From: an uncultured archaeon
GTDB lineage: Archaea > Asgardarchaeota > Thorarchaeia > Thorarchaeales > Thorarchaeaceae
Direction of reading: 5' to 3'
DNA length: 54,693 bases
NCBI GenBank assembly: GCA_964590575.1
Contig: CAZPWM010000009.1
Coordinates: 1 to 54,693 of the forward strand
The notes beneath the pieces were generated by a model that did not search any database, was not told the origin of the DNA, and worked only from the letters and a program-made list of their open reading frames with translations. A program made the position numbers and the translations under genes. Positions 30,701 to 39,496 of the stretch are shown here, piece after piece. Each line of letters starts with the position of its first letter. Positions within the stretch are counted from its first letter, which is position 1.

Positions 30701-31493
30701 GTCTAAGAGATGTCGAAATAAACGTTCCAATCTGAGAAGCTTCTTGGGTTGGAAACGTTCGGGGTAATCCTTGTAAAATTACCAAACCTAACGATTTGGT
30801 TTCTTCTGCAATAACCAAATTATGAGACTCAATCTTCACCCCATTTAAATGAGTCAAAGCCGCCTCTTGTAGATAATCTCCATCCAACAATTTCAATTCA
30901 ACATTATTTAAAGACGATAATAGAATTGCTTCGGTTCTCGTTGCCTCTCGTTTTATAACTTCTTGAATATGTTTTGAACTATGCCCAGTTGCTGTGATGA
31001 AGATATGCAAAAATGGTTCTCCATTTGTTACACCTGCTTCAAAAGCCATAGTTACTGTTTTGTCCATCCCAGCACGCAAAGCCAATAACATACTCTCATT
31101 ATACCTTGGTTTTCCATTCTCATCTAGATACACAGAACCAGACACAGACTCAATATCAAGACAACATGTCCCAATTACATGATCATCAAGTTGAACCAAC
31201 AATATGTTATTCTCTACTCTAATCAGCGGATTCTGAAGACGAACTTTTCTGGCTGTCAGTATCAAACCTGTAACAACCGGAATGAAACAGATAATCATTT
31301 CTACAAATCCCTTAAGGGGAACTACCGGTAAGCTGACAACCCCAATCAATGGTAACAGGTAGACAAGTAACAAATAGAATCCAGTAAATATAGTACCAAC
31401 CACCCAAAGCAACTTAATCCATGATCTTGGCTTTCTATATACATCATGAGAAACCAATCCCGTGCTTCCTCGTCGGGGTAAGTGAAATGGCAT
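27714..31493 (-). CDS. Large membrane-anchored HerA/VirB4-family ATPase
   Basis: Two N-terminal TMs; HVAILGATGTGKTT, IFDLKG, VLEEA, ILANTSTKIVFRL; ~470-aa C-terminal extension. Confidence 0.85.
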   Translation of the reverse strand: MPFHLPRRGSTGLVSHDVYRKPRSWIKLLWVVGTIFTGFYLLLVYLLPLIGVVSLPVVPLKGFVEMIICFIPVVTGLILTARKVRLQNPLIRVENNILLVQLDDHVIGTCCLDIESVSGSVYLDENGKPRYNESMLLALRAGMDKTVTMAFEAGVTNGEPFLHIFITATGHSSKHIQEVIKREATRTEAILLSSLNNVELKLLDGDYLQEAALTHLNGVKIESHNLVIAEETKSLGLVILQGLPRTFPTQEASQIGTFISTSLRQGYTTSMTCVFSAAKPGKEKRTLENQWKSIKVKERRKEESLQDHSVKKKLITRYEEIQDRTGWFDATVYFKVKSSTERHIETDLDGVSGLVHSVWGGSDSIKLNSLKPSKRTVFRILTRRHLKHQRMHIIRLSSFINTPIQQLPVITPRQFPIFPVPPKEIVDNELVIGETVFGGRRLSNVGLEIDWLREHVAILGATGTGKTTLVKHLMSQLSAKTDVPWWIFDLKGSEFLGLIGYSESEVQVLKPGLDSTFVFSLIDSELANDKNYAHSTFAILRELLNERGDSSELSPAMEKLLRDSVMKVVDSLDQGNSVQSLVSAVSELAGNDRIGNMTRDALLNRLEILTREPLGSILGGGPETVRFSDLLNKRVILDLSYVARVGGMDSVRLLYNLVAKRIFDSAMKRGITEGLHHVVVLEEASNLVPESYTRHSAADVTTGESMVMLQRATGQGVIVISTRPNISSNILANTSTKIVFRLPYDSQVGGRFLSLSEDQEQYLRILKRGRALMSIPHTETFEIVTKKFLESLVKKETIIITESKASPIIEETVPKKELVQEPDVSDKATEAQTLVFNRIDRLGSHVVAFLAAEGWATEGEIRNLLAVLDSKVVDDDISEAIRNLVSLGTIEREALALVDGGFLFTLPGKSLDAVRRVIIEYISGKLGIEYNPSITSENSDWPDIVLEDRAVVVIPEHLRASSMGLALDRIRKQMSKLQNGVSELFVVVRGSVAAAKLRELMDLSDEFNDVSVISAFPRSLDSIIEGLVSETDVSEESSVQSELKEDANSNEQVDLIGAMHDVGSATNRAIQIRLWFGLIQDLVDISNGQVRWEDLLEFIETTSLQSLKGRSAPLSMEEGKRALTELLADEVLIALRVTEESQFIELAEGLWLVNSSVLKNLKEKAIGTIEEELKKHYSNVSRNHGYYDLCVGNTSYVIFPNQQQLNTLLHLHSDVACRICKSKKVVCVLTATEYLEESVTTPSNLIVRTMDDNVSTLVT

Positions 31494-31702
31494 CTATGAA
31501 ATCCTCATCATGTTTATTCTAATCCAAGAACGGCCGCTTATGGGACCGAAGCATCGTACCTTCGTTAAGCATATGAACACCCCTAAACTGGATACACAAT
31601 GAAATACACTCTATAGGAGAATAAAAACCTAGAAACAGAATGATGAACTAGGATGAAACCTCAGAAGCGTGACTGCTTTGCCTTTCATTTCTGGACATCA
31701 TC

Positions 31703-33727
31703 ATGAACACCATACAAAATCATGGACTTATCTACCACATTCCTAAGGAGGTATATATCATCAGGAAATCATACTGGGTTTCGATAGTATTCATGGTTCT
31801 GATTTCTCTATCATTTACAACATTCAATACTGAACCGGCTGCAGCAGAAGGCGAGATAGTAGTAATTCGAGGAAACACTATTACAATTACAGCAACACTT
31901 CTTCAGAATGGTAGCTATGGAAATCCGGTGCCAGACCAGAGAATATTCTTCTTTGATCAGACATTCAATACTCAACTTGGTTCTGATAAAACAGATATGA
32001 ATGGTATTGCTTTCATCTCTTGGGATATTCCATTAAACCATAACTTGGGATTGACAACTATTAATGCAACATTCTATGGTAATGAATCACTCTCATTAAC
32101 ACCTTCATGTCAATGGACAGTATTAACAATACTTTCATCCACAAATATTGAAATCAATCAAGTTCCAGATTTACTTGCTCCAGAAGATATCATGTCTTTT
32201 ACAATTCATCTAACTGATGATTCAGATAATTCAATACCGAATGCAGTTCTAAAAGTGTTTAAAGATAGTACCCTACTTGCAGTAAGCACAACTAACTCTT
32301 CAGGATTAATCCATTTTGAAATTGAGTGCAATAGCTCATGGATTACACTAGGAAATAATGACATTTCTGTTGTTTACGAGCAAGACTTGACTAACTATTT
32401 GGATTCATCAGAATTTAGATTCACAGTCGAGATATTAAAAATATCAACTTTTCTCATTCCCCAAGGTTTCTGTCCTGACGAAATTATACTCAATGAATTT
32501 ATGGATCTATATGTTGAACTCTCAGAAACAAACACTTCAATATCAAACGAACCGCTCGAAATATTTCTAGATAGTCAGTTCCTTATTTTTACTACTTCGA
32601 ACAGTTCCGGAATTGCTCATTTTCACATAGATATCGATGAGAGATTCGCACTCGGATTTCATACATTAAGGATACACTATAATGGGACTGAAAGATATTC
32701 TGAATGCTATTTTGAAACAGCTCTTGTTGTAACAAGTCCTGCACAGATAACTGTTAAAGTGCCCGAATCAGCTGAGATTGGTTCAAATGTCGAAATTGAA
32801 ATCACAGCTTCTGATCTATTAGGCCGTGTTATCCCTAATTCCCTAATCTCAATATTTGACACCACTTCTAATCAAAAATTTACAATATCCTCAAGTCTGG
32901 TTGAAACAATCACCATATTTCATTATGAACTACAAGGACCTACAGGTATTCACATTCTCGATATCGAAATCATTGAGAATTCATTCATTACAAATAATAA
33001 ATCAAGTAGCATCTTCACAGTATGGTCCAGCCCTCAGATATCACTGATAGATTGTAATGTTGAACACTATGCCTCACCTAATCAAGAAATTGTATTTAAA
33101 ATTCAGATGAACGACTGGGCTGGAAATTGCTCTTTTAGAATCCTCCAGCTCTTGATAAATGATGAAATCCAATTCACTAATGCAACCGACACCAATGGTC
33201 AAGCAACTCTGTCTTTTACCGTTCCATATACGGAAGACCATTACAACATTTCTATATTCTACAGTGGAAACAATACTCTATTCGAACTACCAACCAAGTT
33301 TGACTATACTCTTCAAGTCACTCGTTTGATGCCTATTCGACTTGAACTGGATTTCTATGAAATTATTTCCCCGGTTCGCGAATTATCAGTACACCTCACA
33401 GTAAGAGGTTTTAATGGATCAACACCTAAGGGAGTACAGGTGAACTTCGACTGGTTGGATTCGAATATTAATGCTGAAAGTACCGATAGAGGTACAATTA
33501 CACTTCACCTTAGAATTCCCACCATAAGTGGCAACTATATTCTATATTACGAATCAGAAACTTCAAGCTCAGTCCTTTCAACTAGTGGTTCTTTCTCAAT
33601 CGAAATAACTACGTTCGATGTAATGTCACTAGAAGGAGTTGGTATTGCTGGTCTACTAATTGCCATAGCTGCTTCTGCTGGGATCTCGACAGTACCAATT
33701 ATACGACGAAAATATCTGGTGGGCTAA
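31703..33727 (+). CDS. Cell-surface protein with Ig-like repeats, signal peptide and C-terminal TM
   Basis: Repeated T-D/N-x-x-G-x-A and Y-x-G-N motifs; C-terminal hydrophobic helix followed by RRK. Confidence 0.8.
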   Translation: MNTIQNHGLIYHIPKEVYIIRKSYWVSIVFMVLISLSFTTFNTEPAAAEGEIVVIRGNTITITATLLQNGSYGNPVPDQRIFFFDQTFNTQLGSDKTDMNGIAFISWDIPLNHNLGLTTINATFYGNESLSLTPSCQWTVLTILSSTNIEINQVPDLLAPEDIMSFTIHLTDDSDNSIPNAVLKVFKDSTLLAVSTTNSSGLIHFEIECNSSWITLGNNDISVVYEQDLTNYLDSSEFRFTVEILKISTFLIPQGFCPDEIILNEFMDLYVELSETNTSISNEPLEIFLDSQFLIFTTSNSSGIAHFHIDIDERFALGFHTLRIHYNGTERYSECYFETALVVTSPAQITVKVPESAEIGSNVEIEITASDLLGRVIPNSLISIFDTTSNQKFTISSSLVETITIFHYELQGPTGIHILDIEIIENSFITNNKSSSIFTVWSSPQISLIDCNVEHYASPNQEIVFKIQMNDWAGNCSFRILQLLINDEIQFTNATDTNGQATLSFTVPYTEDHYNISIFYSGNNTLFELPTKFDYTLQVTRLMPIRLELDFYEIISPVRELSVHLTVRGFNGSTPKGVQVNFDWLDSNINAESTDRGTITLHLRIPTISGNYILYYESETSSSVLSTSGSFSIEITTFDVMSLEGVGIAGLLIAIAASAGISTVPIIRRKYLVG

Positions 33728-33737
33728 TACAAAGAGA

Positions 33738-33848
33738 TGGTGCTCCGGCCGGGATTTGAACCCGGGTCGGGGGATCGAGAGTCCCCCATGCTGGGCCGGA
33801 CTACAATCGGTATAATTTGTATAATAATCTACAATATTCTACCGGAGC
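33738..33848 (-). tRNA. tRNA-Glu(CTC) with 33-nt non-canonical intron at 10/11; encoded CCA
   Basis: GCTCCGG acceptor, GGGGA-CT-CTC-GA-TCCCC arm, GGTTCAAATCC; intron 33806-33838 with BHB motif. Confidence 0.9.
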
Positions 33849-33932
33849 CGTAAATGGAATGCCAGTCCGGAGCGCGAGAGGGCTCGTCTGGAATTCTACA
33901 AATAAGCCTTTCCCATAATGAGGAATTAATTG

Positions 33933-34163
33933 TTATGGTACACCAAACAATTGAGTTAAACTACTCCAGCTGTCCTGCAAGAGCTGTAATAATCCTTCCA
34001 CAACGTCCTGTGCCCATCCTGTAGCTTGAAGAATGACAGCTATTACAATTGAAACTGTTACAACAGCAAGACCAAGGAGCAGACTTTCTTCCACCAAAGG
34101 GCCTCCCGTTTCATTACGAATTATACCATCATCCTTTGTCAAAGACATACACCTTGAACTCAT
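33933..34163 (-). CDS. Flp/TadE-like type IV pilin
   Basis: IRNETG|GPLVEE followed by a hydrophobic helix (class III signal peptide, Glu at +5); directly downstream of the pilus ATPase. Confidence 0.65.
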   Translation of the reverse strand: MSSRCMSLTKDDGIIRNETGGPLVEESLLLGLAVVTVSIVIAVILQATGWAQDVVEGLLQLLQDSWSSLTQLFGVP

Positions 34164-34209
34164 GTCTACCTGACTCCTTTTAAAGCCCCCAAAAAGAATG
34201 GCAATAATC

Positions 34210-35904
34210 TCATGTTCTATAATCAATATATTGCATAGGATGACCATACGACCACATCTTCTCGCTTATTATCTCAAGACTAGAAGAGTATCTACTAAGA
34301 TGAATGGCTTGAATCAAGTTTGTCAGAGCAGGAACATGACTCTCTATGCCAAAATCTCTCGCACGGGTCATAAAAGCTCCATCATGTGCCCAGTTATCAC
34401 TCACTCCTTGGTTCCTATCATACACTACATTTAGACCTGAAAATTCAATCAAGCCATTAGTTTCCTTTCTTCTTACTTCCACAATCTCACATACTCTACG
34501 TTTTGACTCGCCTGGTTTCGGTCTCTCAAGGGTAACTATTACATCCATTAAAGCAAGATTATCACCCTTGATATCATGTCCACGATTCCATCTGGAAATA
34601 AGACTCGAAGCTGATTCGCTATGGCAGGTCTGAATTGTACGAAGGCCTGCAGTAATTGCTTGAAAGAGAGCCTTACTGTGTTCTGCAGTCTGAATTTCAC
34701 CAAGAATAAGATAATCAGGTGATCTATGAAGGCATTTGATTATTTCATTACTCTTATTCAACTTCATCGATTGCTCATCCATGGGATCAACTCTGAAACG
34801 AATCTGATGATGCTCTCTTTGTTCTCTACTTTCAATAGCATCCTCAATGTAGATTTTTCTCCACCACTTCGGAGTAGTCATGTCCAAAGCATTCAACAGG
34901 GTCGTCTTTCCAGTTCCAGGACCTCCTGTCACTGTGATATTAAAGCGGCACGAAACTGCAAAAAGTAAGATTGCAGCAACTTCAGGCGTCATTGTACCAT
35001 TTTCAATCAAATCACCAACTGTGAACGGATGGTTTCTAGCTCTACGTATCTCAAGATGTAATCCATCGGGACTAAGTGGTTGCATACTAGCTGAGAAACG
35101 TAAAGAAGCATTTTGAATCTGTAAATCCATCTTGAGAGAAGGATTGCTTCTATCAAGGTGGAGATTACTCTCAGCACGGATTAATGTGACAATCTTTGGT
35201 ACTTCGTTCTCCTGAAAAGTAATGGTAGTAACACATCTACCAAACTTCTGGTGATCAAAATATATAGGGACTCCAGGACGGTCAAGATATATCTCTTCTA
35301 CAAAATCATCAAGTATAATTGGCATTATCGATCCAAGAACACTTCGACGATGAGCGATAATCTCTGAAAGTTTCATTCTTGTGATTTCATTAATTTCAGG
35401 TATAAGACTCATAATGTGTTTTGAAAAATCTTCGGTATCCTGTTTCAATTTCTGAGTAGTACTATTTCTAAATGAGGGTAATCTATCTCTAATCTGTATG
35501 GTTTTTTGGCTCAACTCATCAATGAGAGAATATTCTAAAGAGGTTCTAACCATTGGAAGTACGATATATTCTGTATGATTATGCTCACCCCGTCTAAACA
35601 TGGATAAATATGGTCCAACCTTATACAATGCAAGAATATCATCCAATCTTTCAAACAGATTACTGGTTGCACCAACGAAAACACTTTCCCATCCATCGGT
35701 CCGCCAAGAAGGCTCAGATTGCTGCAAATTGTTTGACTCACAAAAGTGTAGAACACCTTTTTCAGCTTCAACCAACAAAATCTGTGATTTTCCTTTTCCA
35801 AACTCTATGATACTGTCAAGTTTTTGACAACCCTTGTCACTTTTCTGAGAACATTTCCCACAGCGTCCATTAGGACAATGAATTACATGGATATCCATAT
35901 TCAC
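34210..35904 (-). CDS. Type II/IV secretion ATPase (TadA/VirB11/FlaI family)
   Basis: GGPGTGKTTLLNAL, IEDAIE, LHRSPDYLILGEI, TCH. Confidence 0.9.
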   Translation of the reverse strand: MNMDIHVIHCPNGRCGKCSQKSDKGCQKLDSIIEFGKGKSQILLVEAEKGVLHFCESNNLQQSEPSWRTDGWESVFVGATSNLFERLDDILALYKVGPYLSMFRRGEHNHTEYIVLPMVRTSLEYSLIDELSQKTIQIRDRLPSFRNSTTQKLKQDTEDFSKHIMSLIPEINEITRMKLSEIIAHRRSVLGSIMPIILDDFVEEIYLDRPGVPIYFDHQKFGRCVTTITFQENEVPKIVTLIRAESNLHLDRSNPSLKMDLQIQNASLRFSASMQPLSPDGLHLEIRRARNHPFTVGDLIENGTMTPEVAAILLFAVSCRFNITVTGGPGTGKTTLLNALDMTTPKWWRKIYIEDAIESREQREHHQIRFRVDPMDEQSMKLNKSNEIIKCLHRSPDYLILGEIQTAEHSKALFQAITAGLRTIQTCHSESASSLISRWNRGHDIKGDNLALMDVIVTLERPKPGESKRRVCEIVEVRRKETNGLIEFSGLNVVYDRNQGVSDNWAHDGAFMTRARDFGIESHVPALTNLIQAIHLSRYSSSLEIISEKMWSYGHPMQYIDYRT

Positions 35905-35978
35905 CTAGCTACTCACCTCGTATCTTCCACTTCTTATTCAGAGGATTCCAAAATAATCTCCTAGATGAACACACTAAA

Positions 35979-37022
35979 TCAATGTACATTCGCATGAGAT
36001 AATTCGATGACCTTTTTCATCATCCCAAAATGGTCCCTGATACTGTACTCGGCTACTTCTGTTGCAGTTGATGCGAGCTTTTGAGTTAGAACTGCTCGTC
36101 GTCCATATTTCATAGCTATCTCTCGATCGCTGGCATAGGCCGCTGAAACCGTGAATATGAATGGGTTCCTTCCCCCGCGTTTTGATGCAGGTATCATCTT
36201 GAGAACTTCTAGTGTCTTGTTTCTGAGAGCGTTCTCGTAGTCTTTTGGTTTCCAACCACGTGATTGAACTTTACTGACTACTCTTGGATTATTCATCAAC
36301 ATAGAAATCACTCTTGGGACATAGTCCTCTGGTTTTCGTATCTCAGGTGAGTGACCTGTAAGTGATTTGAGCCTAAGTGCTTCTCGCACAATTGCTCTCA
36401 CATTAACTCGATGTCCACACTTCTCAAAAACATCAGCTATTTCATCAAGTGTTATTGGAGCCTCTTCTTTGAACTCTCTTACAGCCATGAGAAGACAGAC
36501 TGCTATCAGTAGTATGTTATTGCTAACAGTTTCTGCTGTTTCATTCACCACTTTCTTGTATAGATACGCGGTTCGATCACGAACCTGCTCATTAATCATA
36601 AGAAGTTTGGATACATGATTAAGGGTTCGTAAAGCTCTATACTTCGCTTCATTTTTTCCAATTCTAATCCTGGTACTATATATCGTTTTTAGACGTTTGA
36701 ACTTCTTTTGCATCCTTCCAGAAAGTGCATATCCTTGGGAGTCCTGAAAATACCTATCTTTGTGAAAGCCTATGTAGCTACCAAGACCATCTACAATATG
36801 CATCCGATTTCCCAAAGATACATACATACTTGCATCTGGAGAGTCGCTATTGGGTCGTTCCCCCATCTGATATGTAGGCAAGACATATTCTCTTGAGAGT
36901 ACTAAACCACACTCAGCACACACTATATGTCCTTGACTAGTGACTAGGAAACCACTACAGTCAGGACAGGATTTCGAATTCGTTAAACGAGATTCATATA
37001 CTCCATTAGTCAAAAACCACAC
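35979..37022 (-). CDS. Divergent TFIIB/TFB-family protein
   Basis: Zn ribbon CPDC..VCAECG, two cyclin repeats, GRNP, TQKLA..VAEYSIR. Confidence 0.8.
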   Translation of the reverse strand: MWFLTNGVYESRLTNSKSCPDCSGFLVTSQGHIVCAECGLVLSREYVLPTYQMGERPNSDSPDASMYVSLGNRMHIVDGLGSYIGFHKDRYFQDSQGYALSGRMQKKFKRLKTIYSTRIRIGKNEAKYRALRTLNHVSKLLMINEQVRDRTAYLYKKVVNETAETVSNNILLIAVCLLMAVREFKEEAPITLDEIADVFEKCGHRVNVRAIVREALRLKSLTGHSPEIRKPEDYVPRVISMLMNNPRVVSKVQSRGWKPKDYENALRNKTLEVLKMIPASKRGGRNPFIFTVSAAYASDREIAMKYGRRAVLTQKLASTATEVAEYSIRDHFGMMKKVIELSHANVH

Positions 37023-37196
37023 CCATCAAGAGTATGCACAAGTACTCCTAACTAAGTTTCAGATACCAGATATACGCTCACAGAGAGTACTAGTCTGTCT
37101 AAGTGAACTAAAATCGGTATTGAGCAGTCTTTGCCGGTCTGGTCAGAAAGAGAGATGACCGAAAGTAATCGCACACGATTACGAACGAATTAGGTT

Positions 37197-37562
37197 TTAC
37201 ATAATTGCTAGAAAGAATTTTTCAGAGTTGAAGATACTACTCTGGCTTGGAGTAGCTTTTTCAAGCGTAAGTACCAACCGCAGTCCGCCTACCGATCCAA
37301 TCACCTCTAGACCATTTCTCTCTAGTTTCTTGAAGACACTACTCTCAACGTAGAGCTTTGCTTGTTCACCTTTTGTAATTGGCTTAGAATCAATAACCAC
37401 AGTGATTGAGTCATTGGTGTTCAATGTGTCACATAATGCATCAGGTAGTTCCAATGAAAGTGTAGCACCATTACTTTTCGAAGACACTTTCAGCAACTTC
37501 AATCTTCTAGTTTCAGTTTCTTCAACAGAGTCAATAACAGCATTTGTGAGCCGAATTACCAT
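37197..37562 (-). CDS. rpo8: RNA polymerase subunit Rpo8 (RPB8/RpoG homologue)
   Basis: OB-fold size, LSLELP and SVGGL (RPB8 S-x-GGL signature). Confidence 0.7.
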   Translation of the reverse strand: MVIRLTNAVIDSVEETETRRLKLLKVSSKSNGATLSLELPDALCDTLNTNDSITVVIDSKPITKGEQAKLYVESSVFKKLERNGLEVIGSVGGLRLVLTLEKATPSQSSIFNSEKFFLAIM

Positions 37563-37684
37563 TGATGATACACCTTTATTCACAAGAATCTATGGCAGAC
37601 GGCAGGGTATTACGAATTAAACCTGTCGTTGAATCCCTGTGCTGTTTTTTAAGAAAGATAATGACAATTTTATGGTGTAGTTAG

Positions 37685-39496
37685 GTGAAACGAAAAGCAA
37701 TAGCAATTTTCCCTGTTTCTCTTCTCCTCATTACATGTCTTGCGATTCCAGTTTCAGCATTCTATTTTGATTTTCAATACTTTGAAACAGACAAGTTAGT
37801 ATATGAAGTTGGAGAAACAATCGACATGGTTGCAAAGCTTATTGCAGATTTCAGTGCTGAGGGATGGTGCTACGTTTCATTTGCTGTAGTAACTGATCTT
37901 GGACCCTCTTTTGCAGACGAATATTTCATTTCGCCTTCTCCTTTAGTTTGTTATCTTCACTCATCATACACAATTTTGCCAGAGCATACTTCTCCTAACA
38001 TAACTGGAGTACAATCTTTTGTTCTTTTCACTGTGGAAATTTTTGACACAGTGTCTCAAAGCGCTGGCGATAACATCGAAATAACAATCAACAGAGGCCA
38101 TCTTACAACGATTCCATTATCCTCTCTTTCAGTGCATTATGTATTGAACACTTCACTCTCACTCAAGATTGCTAGTATCCATAACAATAATATTGGTTAT
38201 CCAGACGCTTTAGTCACTATCCACGTGGAGAACTCAGATTTTCAAACAGTGTTTCATTCGAACACAACAACAACATCAGAAGGAATTATAGATTTTAACT
38301 GGAGTGACTCATTTGGACCACCTGGTTTTTATAACTTAACAATTTCTAGTGATGGGACAGAAGATTTTCTCGCTTTTACAGATTCATTTCAAGTTTCCGT
38401 TCTACCTGCTCTGTCAAACTTGACTATTGTTTCATCACCTGAGTCAGTATATTGTCAATCGCCTGATGAGAGTTATTTCGAACAGGCTGAAATCATAGTA
38501 GAACACACCGATCTACACTCAAGTCCAATAGATGATAGTATAATCCAGTGGACAACAATCTTTGGTTCAGGAATATTGTCAAATCTTGGGAATGGACAAT
38601 ACTCCAACCTCATTCCTTTTAATACTAGCCCAGGCTTTTATCAAATCAATCTCACTGCAACGAATCCCCAATTCCAAACCATGAACATATCAACTACAGT
38701 GAATGTATTAGCTAATTCATTACAATTCTCAACAATCCAACAATATTGGAATGTGACAAGAGGGGATACCGCGACAATAGAATTTCTTATTGAATCCAAT
38801 CTTAACTGGAATCAATCAATACAACTACAATTCACTGGTGAAACAATACAGTTCTCACAAACATCTGATTTTCAGTCTAATGCATCCAGTTCTATTCTGA
38901 TTCCAATTTTACACGATATCTCTGTAGGGCAACACACTATCAACGTATCTCCTGTAAGCGAATATTATCAATTCTTAGCTGCGCCACAAATCAATTTGAT
39001 TGTTATCGGAACAGTAGACAATATCTCAGTCAACGCATTAGCATATTATGGTGAAACCTTGGAATTTAATCTGGAACTTCTAGATGATAACAATCAATCA
39101 GTTTCTTGGGTTGATATATCTATACTCTGTGATAATGGAACTATTCCTTTTGCTTTCACTGGTCATGTCAATTCAAGCATAACTCAAACCGTTTCTCTTC
39201 CTATGTGGATAGTTCCAGGCTTTCATAATTTTACTTTTGCAATCAGTAGTCAATACTTCAAGTCAATTAACTACTCAATGACAGTCAAAGTTTGGATGCC
39301 AACGAACATCACTATCGTAATAACAACAAGTGATAGTGAGTTGAGCTATAACATTCCAGTAATCGAATTTCCTCAAGACTTCTTAACTACACCAAGAATC
39401 TCATCCGGTTCAATCATGAGACCTCCACCAATCTTGTTCAAAGAAACAACATCTACTATCCCACCCACAGCCCGGCTAACTTCTCTTGATAATTGA
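37685..39496 (+). CDS. Secreted beta-rich/Ig-like surface protein
   Basis: Signal peptide MKRKAI..PVSA, ETDKLVYEVGE, PGFYNLT-type motifs, many NxS/T sequons. Confidence 0.75.
   Translation: MKRKAIAIFPVSLLLITCLAIPVSAFYFDFQYFETDKLVYEVGETIDMVAKLIADFSAEGWCYVSFAVVTDLGPSFADEYFISPSPLVCYLHSSYTILPEHTSPNITGVQSFVLFTVEIFDTVSQSAGDNIEITINRGHLTTIPLSSLSVHYVLNTSLSLKIASIHNNNIGYPDALVTIHVENSDFQTVFHSNTTTTSEGIIDFNWSDSFGPPGFYNLTISSDGTEDFLAFTDSFQVSVLPALSNLTIVSSPESVYCQSPDESYFEQAEIIVEHTDLHSSPIDDSIIQWTTIFGSGILSNLGNGQYSNLIPFNTSPGFYQINLTATNPQFQTMNISTTVNVLANSLQFSTIQQYWNVTRGDTATIEFLIESNLNWNQSIQLQFTGETIQFSQTSDFQSNASSSILIPILHDISVGQHTINVSPVSEYYQFLAAPQINLIVIGTVDNISVNALAYYGETLEFNLELLDDNNQSVSWVDISILCDNGTIPFAFTGHVNSSITQTVSLPMWIVPGFHNFTFAISSQYFKSINYSMTVKVWMPTNITIVITTSDSELSYNIPVIEFPQDFLTTPRISSGSIMRPPPILFKETTSTIPPTARLTSLDN

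Noticed and set aside
37141-37182. Two hairpins joined by GAAA, resembling a hammerhead ribozyme
   Set aside because: No CUGANGA core before stem II and no UH cleavage site after stem III; more likely a UTR/terminator structure
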